A DNA stretch of 64,000 nucleotides from assembly GCA_964106915.2 (NCBI GenBank), contig OZ066916.1. The stretch is one strand, 5' to 3'. Source of the DNA: Podarcis gaigeae (taxonomy: Eukaryota). The position numbers were made by a program, and so were the translations under genes. This document shows, one piece after another, positions 48,963 through 62,620 of this stretch. Under the pieces are notes generated by a model. It had not been told where the DNA came from, did no database searches, and was given only the letters and a program-made list of their open reading frames with translations. Numbering within the stretch: the stretch's first letter is position 1; each line of letters starts with the position of its first letter.

Positions 48963-49740
48963 TATAGTTAAAGGAAAGCAATAGCTTTACTAGATTTCTC
49001 TTCTCCATTCTGCTCCCTGTGTAATAACATCAAGCAGATGTCAATATAGTTCTCCTTTCACCTTCCTCAGACAAGGCAGGCAGACATAGACTAGCTTTTG
49101 AATCAGTAGAATAGAATTATTTTGGTTTTAGCCTTTAGTAGAAATTCTCCACATAGCTCAGAAACTGTACTCCGAGACCTACCTGGTATCTTATACAGAA
49201 GGCATTTATAAAGAAATAAAAGTGTTCTGATACATATAGGTCCCGTCCTCCCAGCCAGAAAGCCAAACTGAGCTACTGTGGATCATGGCTCTGGCTTGCT
49301 TGTTCTATGCAGACACAATGGTCAGCATGTGACAGGCTGCTTGAAAGGCTTCCAGATTAGAACCCATTCTGCATTTCAGTGAAGCTAAACTAAATTCATG
49401 GGGTTGGATCCAGAGTCCCTGTAAGCAGCAGCTGTGCCATTCCAGAATGCTGTTGGAGGTAATGCTGGGTGTGGGGTGAGATGTAGGGGGAAGTGGCAAA
49501 AGCCTTCCTGTAGTGGGGGCTTCTACTGGATTGCAGTCCCTAACCACAAATGGAAAGAGGCCTTTTTTATATGGAAGAGCAGGTATGGATACAAGCCAAA
49601 ATGTGAAAGAAAACAGGGACAAAGTGGTAGGCAATTCTTGACAGGCAAACTTATATACATTTATATACCACCTTTTTGCCATAAAAACGGTCCTCAAGGT
49701 GGTTTACAACAATTTGATCTTTACATTTAGAACTGTATAG

Positions 49741-49925
49741 CTGTGGCTCCCAATTGGTGGTCCATGGACGCCAGGGGGACCAGATAACCCACCTAGGGAG
49801 TCTGTGGCACCATTCACATAACAAAAATGACCAGAGAGATATCAAAATTTTCAAAAGTAGGGGGTCCATGGCTTGGCTTTTGAAAAACAGGGCCCCCACA
49901 GTACTTAGCTAATGGGGAACCACTG
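49741..49925. mobile_element. hAT-like MITE
   Basis: ctgtggctccc...ggggaaccactg termini; 8-bp flanks ctgtatag/ctgtagag. Confidence 0.7.
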
Positions 49926-50169
49926 CTGTAGAGCATTAAACCAAGTCAACATAAAACAAACCCTCAAACAGGCAGGATTAAAATACAGTAAAAATTGGCA
50001 GAGTAAGAATGCAATCACCTAAAAGACAAATGTCAGCGACAGAAAGCAGGTGCAAAACCAGCAATCCTCACTTGCTGTCTGCTAGTGCTTTCCCTTTCCC
50101 CTTCACTCAAGCATATAAGAAATTATGATTACATAAGCTGCCTCTGCTTTTGAAATGTTGAACAATTCA

Positions 50170-50460
<291 letters not shown>

Positions 50461-53417
50461 TACTTGTTTTGCTGCCTACAAGTCATTGTGGAATAGGCAA
50501 CTGCTGGAAGAACTTTTTGAAAATGGGACAAAGGGAGAAGAAACATGGTAATCCTCCTGTTGCTGCTATGCTTCCTGCAGGCATGTGGAGCAGGCAGCTG
50601 CTTAAAAGAGGCTTCAGCTGAATATAGGTAGAGGTGTAGCATCTAGCAACTGTTCAGACCTTTAGAAAAACAACACTTGGAGGCTACCCCCACCATACAC
50701 CATCATTAAATAGGTCACAGAAAAACTTTAAAGAATTTTTTCTTAAGGAGTCAATAACTCCTTGTTATACTATGTCAAAAACTCTTAGTTAATGAACCTT
50801 CATCTTTAGGAATGATTCTAACCTGTATGGTCCAAGCAGTGGCATATGTAGGGTGAGTGGAAATTAATCCCCAGGCACAAACTTATAAGAAGTTTACCTG
50901 GTACAAAACTCAGAAACCAGGAAGGAAAAATGTTCATAAATAAGACAATAAACATGAAACTTCTTACACATCTGGTTCTAGCCAGGTGAACACTAAGATC
51001 CTTGTCCTAAATTCATTCCATCTTTCATAATAATAAAAAAGTCATCAGGCATATCTTGCCTCACCAAGAACAAAGAAGGGAAACATCAGCCTATAACTTC
51101 TTAAGTATTCTAGCACTGCAAAAGAAGTTGTGCTTGTATCTCTGGCATGCAAAGAACTCTTCATCATCTAAATACCATTTCAGATCCTCTTAATAGACAA
51201 ATACCTGTTTTAACTGGAATGAAAGACCAACCCGCCTTGAGCATGAACCACTCCTTATTGGCTAGCTGACGTGGGAATGACACAGGAACAAAGCAATCAG
51301 AGTTCATTATGACATCATGCTTACAGGAAACACAAATTAAATACTTTGGAATCACTGAATGATCACCCCTGCTTTCCTAACACAATCTGTTGGAATAACA
51401 GACATTTAAATTTACTAACAGCATCTATTCAGCAAGATAAAAGGGGGATGTGTGAGATAAGAGAGGATTTGAAGGTGTCCACATGACTCCATTTCACAAA
51501 GGGAATTATATATGCAAGTGTGTGCACATGGATGCTCCTCCACCTCAGAAATAACCAGTTCTCTGTTGAGGTTTTAGACAAATGCAGCTAGTTTCCATCA
51601 CAATAAGGATCACACCCTTTGCCAGTGAAAAGAAATTTCGCTGGACAGGGGTGCAAGAAAAATCAGTGGAAGCAACAGCCATGGCAGCCTCTAATGTAGT
51701 TCCATCTAGCCTATGTCATAACAACTCCCCCGGAGCAGAGAACTGTCTATATACCACAGTGGGGCCTGTGTCTAAGTAGCAGTTATGGCTGCACCACTGG
51801 CTGAGCCATCTTGCAAGTCCCCTTATGCTACTTGGCCTGTGTGAGCATTTCTTCCATTTCTGTAGCAATGCCAATGTATATATTTTATAGAAATGGTTTC
51901 CACTGTAGTGAGCAGCTAGATTAACATATTTTACTACTCAATAAAACTTCAGGACTTTCAAAGCAGGAGCATCAAGCTCTCTCAGCTATTATAATCAGGT
52001 AAATGGAATATATTTATATTTCACTATTAAATTGCCACCAGATACAGATGAGTGCTGTAATGCTGAATCAGCTATGAATAGATAGGAAAATAGAGTAATA
52101 CTACTCCAGCCATAGTGGAAACAAACACACCATTAGCTTTTCAGCATCATTTAGTCAGAAATCACTCCACAAAATCTGCTCTGCTGATTTTTGGTAAAAC
52201 ACAAGCAGTACTGATTTGGTTGTTTCTGTCTTATTGGACTCAGTCTTCCATGAGCCAATGTAAGAGAAAAATAGATCAGCAGTAGGCTGATAAAAACCAC
52301 TACCTAGAGTTCTTCTCATTTGTGCTCTTCATTTCCTTACTCCTAATCTTCTGAAAATATTGCTACCACTCAAATCCCAGCAAGTCCCCTTACAAGTTTT
52401 CAATTATGCAGGTGGTAATGCTGGATTTATAAATACAGATTTATAGAAGACAAATACACATACATTTTTAGCAAAAGCTAGAATCCTCTACATACACAAA
52501 TTAATAATCCCTCTAATTTTAAGGCCTTGTTGAAACAGGTGCTCTTTCTAAATTAGTCAGTCTTCAGATCAACAACTTTCACCACACCTTCACATGAGCC
52601 TAGAACAATCTATACAGTACATTCACTTTCTGGACATTACTGTGCACTACATGGTGAAATGTAAGCACCACCGTATCAACACATATCTACATGCATTTTG
52701 CTTTCAGATAGAACACATTACAAAATCCACTATTTATAGCCAGGTCCCTTTGATTCAGCTGTTTCTATACTGACCTGCTTAAGGATTTTTAGGCTACAGT
52801 ATCGACACTCAAAGAACTGAACACCCAAAGAAATGAATACACAGGTCAGGTCTAGACCAGCATCCAGGAATCTTCTACTATAGGGCAGATGTAGAAGAGA
52901 AACTGACAAACCACTTGTCACCACTTCCAGCTCCTAGTTGAAATCACTCCAATGTATCAAAGAACTATAGCTCATGCTGGGCAATAATGCTTTCTTCTCA
53001 AAGCCTTGAATGGTAGGCCACTACTTTCTTACAGACAGCCCCTACCCTAAACAGCTCTTCATAAGGAACTCCAGGAAACCCTAACAGACCATACTCTGTA
53101 ACAAACCCAGATACTGAATCTCTTCCCATATCCACTCAAACAACAGTATTTCAGGACCTAATAATATCAGCCACAACACCAAGGTGTCATTCACCCATTC
53201 ATCTTCCAATATATGTGCTATCTTCCAGCATCCTGACATCAGCAAAGGGATTAACCAGAAACTAGTAGAACATTTCAGTTTAGCAGAATGCCATTATTGA
53301 CCTTAAGGTGCCAACCTTTAACAAAGGAACTTTAAAGAAAACTCAAGTGTGAAACTGCTGAATTACAACTTATCAAGAAATTCAATTCTTAACAGAGACA
53401 ATGGCTTTCTCCTACGA

Positions 53418-53632
53418 CAGTGATACCTTGGTTTACGAACTTAATACGTTCCGGAAGTCCATTCTTAAACCAAAGCATTCTTAAACCAAGGCGTGCTTTC
53501 CCATAGCAGCAGGGGACTCAATTTACAAATGGAACACACTCAACAGGAAACGAAACATGTTCTGCTTCCAAGACAAAGTTCACAAACCAAAACACCTACT
53601 TCCAGGTTTGCAGTGTTCTTAATCCAAGTTAA
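53418..53632. mobile_element. Truncated Tigger-like MITE
   Basis: cagtgataccttggtttacgaacttaat.cgttccggaagtcc start related to copies A/B. Confidence 0.7.
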
Positions 53633-55254
53633 TAGCAAGGTAGTGTGCTATCACTGATTATTGTTGTGAAAGTTTTACCATTCTCATTCTGCATACATTT
53701 ATGCAGTAAGACTGTACTGTCTGAACTTGACCTATTTCTCAGGTTACTTCTGCTGCATCACATTAACATGGCCATTCTTCTGAAAAGGCCCCCTTGCAGA
53801 GGATTTATTTTTCCTTAATATATTCAGAAACTGGTCAGATAAAAATCCCAACACATGTCTAAACTCATGTTCTGACAGTTTGGTAGCTCTTGTCAAATTT
53901 CAAGGCTGTTGCTGACAGAAACTGAAAGTAGTAAGTAGTTTCAAAGTGGGGACAGGGGCTCTCTGAAAGTATGAACCACATACTTTTTGAAATGCTTTCT
54001 ATAGTAACAGTCTTTTTTCACCTCTTCAATCATCTAGCTTTTATTCTGCTTACAAGTATCTCAGCAAATGTTACAACATAAGTCTGAGCAGCCCATGATG
54101 AGTAAATGCCCCCTGCAAAGAAAGGGTAAATAGTTGTACAAAATTATAAGACAATATAATATTTATATGATAGTGAGAAAATTTCACACTCACTTGCAAC
54201 TTTGCAATAATATAACTCTGTCAGTAAGTATGTATTTTGTCAGATGTTTCATAGAGATTGTAGAGGATTTTTGAGACTATTACAAGAGTACGAACTTCAT
54301 ATAATCTTTCCAAACACTGTCAGACTCCACACATAGGCATAAATAGAACCATGATTTTCCCACACAAGCCAGTTACAAGGGGTTAAAGTAAATGTCTAAA
54401 GTGGTGGCTGACAGTTAACTGCAACAAAATGCAGGTTAGAATTTGATTCCAAAGCTGGGTGTAAATATTAATTTTACTGCATAAGTTCCCTTTAATGACT
54501 GCAGGCTAGCAAAACAGTTCATAGTTTTTACTTGTTTTATTATCTATGAATGGAAGGACAGGACAAGCCAAGATATGTGTGAAGCTGCAATATGTAGTTA
54601 CTTAGCACCATCTGCTGGTTAGGTAAGCATTATGCAGTAACTTTTAAGCAAACTGCTGAGGCCACTAGATACAGAAATTTGTAATACCCATGATTACTAC
54701 TAGTTGCTCTTTCATCACAGTGTTAAAAAAAAAATCTGTTAGAGCTCTTTTTTCAGAGCCTGGGAAGTAGCATGTCACTTTGGCTGAAATCCTATATCTA
54801 ATTATCTATAAGCCACACTGAATTCAATAGGAATTACCTTGAGTGGGCATGCATACATTAGAGGATCTCACTGTACATATTTTCAAATTCCAGAAAAGTA
54901 GCAGCATTAATCGAAGTTAGCAAAACAACCTCCAAGCAAACCATCTTTCAGCTTCTCAAAGAGTAACTGATTTTGTACAGCTTAAAGTAAAAATTCCACA
55001 ATATATGTTAGTCTTTCAAAACATGTTACAAGACCTTTGTGTTTTTTTAAACACTGGGATTTTAATTCCCATGTCTTCGGGATACTCAAATTAACACAAT
55101 TAACAACATTCCTGGCTTTAAATATTGCAGATAAGCCCTTAAGACCTATAATCACACCATTAATTTTAGAGCTAATGAGAAAGGATATCAATCTCCATTT
55201 CATATGTTTTATCTAGGGACTCTGCTAGACTGGTAAAGAAAAAGTGATTTATAT

Positions 55255-55882
55255 GGGAAGAAATGGAGGCAGTGAGAGATTTTACTTTTTTGGGCTCCAT
55301 GATCACTGCAGATGGTGACAGCAGTCACAAGATTAAAAGACGGCTGCTCCTTGGGAGAAAGGCGATGGCAAACCTAGACAGCATCTTAAAAAGCAGAGAC
55401 ATCACCTTGCCAACAAAGGTCCGTATAGTTAAAGCCATGGTTTTCCCAGTAGTGATGTATGGAAGTGAGAGCTGGACCATCAAGAAGGCTGATCGCCGAA
55501 GAATTGATGCTTTTGAATTATGGTGCTGGAGGAGATTCTTGAGAGTCCCATGGACTGCAAGAAGATCAAACCTATCCATTCTTAAGGAAATCAGCCCTGA
55601 GTGCTCACTGGAAGGACAGATCGTGAAGCTGAGGCTCCAATACTTTGGCCACCTCATGAGAAGAGAAGACTCCCTGGAAAAGACCCTGATGTTGGGAAAG
55701 ATGGAGGGCACAAGGAGAAGGGGACGACAGAGGGCGAGGTGGTTGGACAGTGTTCTCGAAGCTACGAACATGAGCCTGACCAAACTGCGGGAGGCAGTGG
55801 AAGACAGGAGTGCCTGGCGTGCGCTGGTCCATGGGGTCACGAAGAGTCGGACACAACTAAACAACTAAACAACAACAACAAC
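55255..55882 (+). mobile_element. BovB (RTE) LINE, 5'-truncated, reading frame still open (201 aa)
   Basis: EAVRDFTFLGSMITADGDSSHKIKRRLLLGRKAMANLDSILKSRDITLPTKV..VHGVTKSRTQLNN plus (CAA)n tail; antisense within ATG5 intron 3. Confidence 0.97.
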
Positions 55883-57421
55883 ATGCGTTGTAACATTGTG
55901 CCACCAGATGGCGACATGGAGTCCCATTTTTCTCTACCTGTTTTCCCTGTTTAAATCTACAATGCTTTAAACTGAAGCACTTCTTTGATGTGGGTGATTC
56001 ATTACCCATAGGAATAAATGGCACAGCCTAGGAACACTGTTGCAAACAAAGCCAAACCTGCTCCTCCTTTCCGCACCCTCTCAGATACTAAATGGCCCTC
56101 ACTGACCATGTGTTTTATTTTGAAAACTGGGCTTTGGAGAAAATGATTAAATGGTTTTTATTTTGTACAAGACATATAAAAAAACTATTACAGGATCATT
56201 GAGCCATCGGTTTTTAATTTTAGCCTTCAAGCCATATGTAGGTGGCTGAGACATGGGGAAGGAAGGATAAAGATAAATAAGCCATATCATTGTTGTAAGT
56301 TTGCAGGCACTTCGTGATATTAAATGTAAAATGGAACACTGAAGAGTGTCTTTTAGCTTTTAAAGAATGTGCTTTATGAGCCAGATATGCTAAACTAGAA
56401 TTTGAGCCAAGAGGAAGAAAAATGTAATAAACTTTCTCTCTGAGGCAAAAGGAAAAGAGGGTGTCAAGCAACCACAAACCCTTCATTAGTTGCTGAGAAT
56501 AACAGTTTGTTATGGAAGATGTTTAATCTTGATTTCCTCAACCACGGAAGTTCCTAATGCAAAAATAAAAATAGGCATCTCTAATATGCATGTGGTGTGC
56601 AGTTGCAGAACATCTGCTCGAGGATTCAAAAACTCAAAAATGATACAACTAAAAACACTATCATAATTAATTTTAAAATTTTCCAACTTTTTTAATACAA
56701 AAACAAATTTATGTACAAATATTAATTTAAGAACATCAGCTTGAATGCTATGTCATTGCTTTGTAAATACCATGTATGATCAAACTTAAAAGAATTCAAA
56801 TACCACAGAACTATTGGGGGAAGTTTTGAATTCTAATTATCAAGAGCTATTAACACACTTGCAGGTTAAGGCTATATCCATTTTAAAGAGAAACCAATCA
56901 ATGATTATTTTCAAGTACTGTATTTTAGTTAGCAGAATTCTGATGTTTAAACTTATGGTCATGATTTTAGAAGACATCACTAACTAACAATCATATATTC
57001 ATGAAAGTAACACAACGAACCTCACTCAAAAGCCTGGGCACATTGGAACCCATTATGTGCACCAACTATTATCAGTATCTTCTAGTTTAAAAATCCTAAT
57101 TAGGGCCAACAAATTGTATTGCTTATTTATAACTGATGTCACTGTATGAAGGCCTCAAATGTAATTAAGGTGGGTAACAGATCTCTACTTGAGAAGAATG
57201 TAAATTGGGGTGGGATGCAACAAGCTGCTTATGACTATGCAAGCATTTGTGTAACTAGGACAGTTTCAAATCTTAGGTATGCAGGAACCCTTGACTTTGC
57301 AATTAACATCTCCAGCAACACTTAACTTAACCCTAATTATTGTATTGTATTATTGAAACCTAATAAGGGCCTGTTGAAGATGGACTTGTCTAGAACTAAC
57401 TTTCTGTTAATAGTGACTATA

Positions 57422-57672
57422 CAGTCGTACCTTGGATCCCGAACGCCTTGTGAGTCTAACGTTTTGGCTCCCGAATGCCGCAAACCCGGAAGTGAGTGTT
57501 CCAGTTTCCAAATGTTCTTTGGAACCCGAATGTCCAACACAGCTTACACAACTTCCGATTGACTGCAGGAGCTTCTTGCAGTCAATCAGAAACATTCCAA
57601 AATGTTTCCGAACATTTTGGAAGTTGAACGAACTTCCGGAACAGATTCTATTTGACTTCTGAGGTACCACTG
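57422..57672. mobile_element. Tigger-like MITE with internal hairpin
   Basis: ta|cagtcgtacctt...gaggtaccactg; internal gattgactgca..tgcagtcaatc palindrome. Confidence 0.8.
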
Positions 57673-58461
57673 AACATTGCTTGCAACTATACGTTGTTTT
57701 CAACAGTTCTAACAAACAGACTTAAATACATTATCAGTCCTTTCCAGGCTGTGCAGACATATAGCGGACAGAATCTGTTGCCTCTTTAGTATTGTAGACT
57801 GCTATGTATTCTTATGCTGTATGTTCACTGTATACCCTGGGATTTCTGTAAAGTGGGGTGCCATTAGAAAAACCAATAAAGCTATTTTTAAAAATTATAT
57901 AAAATAAAATTGGGGTGAAGATGGAACACAGCATACCAACACTTAAGCCCAATTAAGGCAGGTCCATGAAATGTGAGCTCCAAAGGTGGCATGGAGCTTT
58001 TAATCCTCATAGTTCACTCCTGAGTTCAGCAGTGAATGAATTATGTCTGCACAAGGCCATAGCAGCTCTACACCTGTAAACTGCAAGTTGATTTAATGGA
58101 AAGGAGAACCCTAGTTCTCAAGCTTATGCAATTCTCCGAGACCATGTTTCATGTTGGACACATCTGAAACTAAGAGATCACCATCATTTTTGTACTTGCA
58201 GAGACAGAATGACTCACAATTGGAACTCTGTGCATGCACTGAGAAAGCAAGGGGGAAAGCACTTTAATCCTAATTGTGCAAAACAGAATGTTATTTGGTA
58301 TATTGACGTCACTGAGGAATTAATATATTTTTTTAAAAGCTTGCCCACAATCTTAGATTTTGATAGGGCAACTCCAATTTGCTTAGGCTTCCCAAGAACA
58401 ATATGCAGTCAGGAAATATAGATGCTAACACTCTAAAATACTCAAAAAGTTAAATAACTCA

Positions 58462-58617
<156 letters not shown>

Positions 58618-59500
58618 TTATGAAAAGAATCACATGTAAAAGTTACATTAAAAATATTACTTGCTTTTCAGTCACATGAGTAGTACTTATAACATAAATA
58701 GTATTGGGCTGTTGATATGCAAGTTATGTTCTACCAAGTTCAAAGGGACTTTTATTCAAGTAAGCGTGCTAAGGACTGCAGTTTGAAAAGTGGTCAAGGT
58801 ATATTCCGCAAAACACAGCTTCGTCACAAGTTTCATTTAAATAAGGCTTCAGAGAGAATCTCGGGTATCATAGAGAAATGATCTTTTAGCATAATAAACA
58901 TATTCCTCATATGGACAAATGGGACTGTGCCCAAACAGGAGAAAACTACTTGCAGTGACAATCAACCCTCAAGAAAATTAAAGCACACTGTGCTTAAAGA
59001 GTGAAGTTTCTTCTAAACAGGATGCTTAGGACTTTGTTTTCCTACTGAGTATTTGGAAGTCTTAGGGGAAATATTTCACCCTTTTTTTCAGGCTGCTATT
59101 TCTTGGGAACAGAAGTTGAATCAATCTAATGTAGCAGCAGCAGATTATGGCATAGCAGCATCTAGTCTAGAATTCCTCAAACACATGGAAAAGCAATATT
59201 TTTTTAATGGGCAGTAAGGCTGTAAATTTCAAATATTAAGATTTCCAAAACATTCAAATAATTTTACAAAGTTAGTAACAGCATGGAAATTCATCCAGTC
59301 ACAAAGAATTTTCTGTAATGGAAAAGCTGGAAGAAGTTCCCTTAACAGTTCTTTGTTTAACAAGCATTATCTCCTCTTTCTTTCTATCATTTTTTCCAGC
59401 ATCAAGGTCTACATAATGGGGGAAGTATTAGTATACCATTTATTCAAGGAGATGATGAAACACAGTATGTTCCTCAAGTATAGTCGAATACTAAACATCA

Positions 59501-59674
<174 letters not shown>

Positions 59675-60559
59675 CTAAATTATTTCCCCAGAAAATCCAC
59701 TACAAAATATAAAAATAGTCAGCTTTTAGATGTACATGAATCATATTATCCCTTTAGTGTACTTCCACAACACATGATAACAAAGGCATTTCTTCTTTTA
59801 ATCTACAGAGAAATGGCTGGCTGAAGAAAGCTAGACAAAATTTTGTACCCCAGTACATTAAACACCCGTCCCCAAATACAAAAATGCTTAATAAATGTGA
59901 GGGTTTTTTTCTCCTAGGTTCTTTTGCTGTTGTTCAGAAGTAGGAGCTGTGAGGGACTTGATCCAGATTAGGGTCATAGTGCACAGGCAGGGATGGGTTT
60001 TGACCCTCCACATCACTTTGCTGCTGAAAATTCTGCCCTTCAATGCTGATATTTGTCCTCAAAGGTACTACAGCAAATGGCACCTTTGGGGAGAAACAGC
60101 AGTTTCAGAAAGGCAATTAAGGTGGGAGAGCCAATTGGGGGACAGAAACAATTTGCCTCCCTACAAATTCTATTTCTAAACAACAACCAATATAACAAGA
60201 GTAGGAGAAACAATCACCCAGCAAACATATTTTTTATTTAGGGACTGTCTACTTGTAGTATTTCTTTAAATCTATGTCCATTTTGATAAATTACATCCTC
60301 CTTAGGCTGCAAATCTATACTCACTTACTTGGGAATAAGCTCCACTGAATTCTGTGGGACTTCTTTCTGAAGATGATTCTTATGAACTATTAGTTTTGCT
60401 TTTAAAATCATGGTAGGTTCCCCCCCCCCCTTGAATCACTGGCACAGGCCCTAGTGAATATGTATTAACAATGAGACGTGTTTTGAAAGTTATTCCTATA
60501 GGTGTAATACAATCAAGTCAGTTTTCAATGGAGAGTGGCTTGCAAGTTACATCAATAAG

Positions 60560-60790
60560 CTTTCACTTACTGATAGTGAAGCGGACTCATGAGCCTTTGG
60601 TAACAGACTTTGTCAAAAGCTTTTTGGAAGTTCAGGTATATGGAATTTACTATATAACCCTTATCTATATGGTTACTAATATTACTGATATCAAAGTTTG
60701 CAAAGAACTTCCCTTTGAAGAAGCCATGTTTCAACCTTGCTCTGTGTTTAAGCACATTAGTTTTAGTATCTCTACCAACTTACCTGACAC
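60560..60790 (-). mobile_element. CR1 reverse transcriptase fragment
   Basis: HGFFKGK..NHIDKGYIVNSIYLNFQKAFDKV matches the CR1 RT YLDFxKAFDxV motif. Confidence 0.8.
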
Positions 60791-60882
60791 ATATATGAAA
60801 CATATATTCACTGCAATTTCGCATCTTAAGTGAATGCCATCTCTCAGTGACTTGCTAACTTAATTGTAGTTTAGCTCTAAAA

Positions 60883-61003
60883 CAGGTTTCCTCAACCTCG
60901 GCCCTCCAGATATTTTGAGACTACAATTCCCAGCATCCTAGACCACTGGATCATGGGAGTTGTAGGCCAAAAACATCTGGAGGGCCAAGGTTGAGGAAGG
61001 CTG
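60883..61003. mobile_element. hAT MITE with perfect 8-bp TSD
   Basis: ctctaaaa|CAGGTTTCCTCAACCT...AGGTTGAGGAAGGCTG|ctctaaaa. Confidence 0.9.
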
Positions 61004-61012
61004 CTCTAAAAC

Positions 61013-61064
61013 ATTATCCATCTGCTTGATTATCCATCTGCTTGATTGTGACATCTGCTTGATT
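61013..61064. repeat. ~16-bp tandem repeat x3
   Basis: attatccatctgcttg x2 followed by attgtgacatctgcttg. Confidence 0.85.
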
Positions 61065-61779
61065 GCTGTAATGTATGTGGGACTGTCTTTTAACTACTCA
61101 CAAACCAGTTAGTAGCCTAGCAGCTGTATTTTGAATCAACTAGGGCCAGTTACTGAGAAGAAACCTCTCTGATAGCGAGTAGCAAACAGGAAGAGTGTCT
61201 TCTTAGTGGTGACATCCAGTTCACATAATTACTTTCCAAGGCTTACCTGACAAATACACTGCTGTCCTTTTGGCACCAGGCAGAAACTTTTTTTTTTATC
61301 CCGCTGTTTTTAGATTTGCAGTATTTTAACAGTTGCTTTTATCACCATTTGATTATTTTATATTTTAGTATTATGCATGGGAAACACAGAAGAGCAGAAT
61401 ACAAACTTTTTAATAAACAAAACTGACGGCTTCTTACAGATATCCTTCCCCAAAACAATGCCTCAGATACAGCCAATTCAACATCCTCTGCAGTGGGGAC
61501 AGATAAAATAGTGGCTTGTACTTCTTCTGTACACCTTGGTATGCCTAAAGGTCTTATTGCATCGCTGATTTCATGTTCCTGATGTATTTACATAACAAAG
61601 AGACAGAGTCTGAACATTGGTCCTCCTAGTTCAGTACTGTACATGCTGACTAGTACAGACTTCTCTGAGGGTTCCAGAAAGAGGAGTCCTACCTGGGGAC
61701 TCGAACTGCAACCTTCCCCATACAAACCTTGTGGCGCAACGAAGAACTATGCCCCTTGCCCTACTGGATCAGGCTAGCG

Positions 61780-62620
61780 GCCCACCCCATTCTCATAGAG
61801 GGACCAAGGAAATGCCTATCGGAAACTCGTAAGTAGGACCTGAGGGGAGACAGCCCTTTCCCGCGCTGTAACGAATATATATGGTTTCTGGTGGTGAAAT
61901 GAATCCTCCCAAGCCTACCCTCAGCGCTATCGGGTGCCTTGAGAACACTCTACATACACCCAAGCTCACGTGTGTACGTGTGAAGAGGTATGTGGAGGAA
62001 TAAATCTCTACTCCAGATGATGTCCCCCCCACCCCCCTCAGGCAGAATAAGGGGTTACAAGGGCGGGGCGGCAGCCTCTCCTGCCCCGTCCAGTCTCCGC
62101 TCCCGCGTCGTATCACCCAACAAACAAGCTTCCCCAACAGCCAACTCCTTTCTACGTCGCCGCAGCCCCCTCCTCCCTGATGGGGGAGGGGACAACGGAA
62201 GATGCCGTTACCTGGCAGTTTGTTTCTTTCCTTGGCCGGGCCACCCCCTGAGTGCGAAGCTCGCTCGCGCACAAGTCAATACTGCGCAGGCTCGGCTCCG
62301 CCCACTCCGTCTTCTCTCCTCCGCTCCCTCCGCCTTTCTCTCTTGGTCTTTCTGCGACGAGAGGAAGGGAGGGCGGAAGAACGTAAAGTTGTAGGGCAGC
62401 CCGACGCTCTCGCCAATTTCAGCCGCTTGGCAAACCGGAAGTGACGACGAGACAACGGCTCCTCTCTTGAGGCTTCGGCAAATGGCGTCACGCAAAGGCG
62501 CGCGTCGGATGGGCCGCTTGCTTTTGCCGAGTTCTCCCTGCAGGGGGCGGTAGATTCCAAGAGAGTGAAGGGCTCCGCATTGCCAACGAGATGGCGGCTT
62601 TTATGAAGAACCGCAGTTTA
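61780..62620. promoter_or_regulatory. ATG5: CpG island / ATG5 promoter
   Basis: Only strongly CpG-rich non-TE region in the window; GC boxes, CCGGAAGTGACG (62435-62446), YY1-type ATGGCG motifs (62480, 62589). Confidence 0.9.
62212..62350 (-). other. ATG5: ATG5 non-coding exon 1 (TSS approximate)
   Basis: CAG|GTAACG donor at 62212/62211 inside the CpG island; no ATG on the - strand in this exon. Confidence 0.65.

Noticed and set aside
55263-55868. 201-aa ORF and its antisense 179-aa ORF as host genes
   Set aside because: BovB ORF fragment; the antisense frame is a by-product, as at 27270-27806.
61793-62560. ORFs of 80-159 aa at the CpG island
   Set aside because: Stop-poor GC-rich promoter sequence with no domain similarity.
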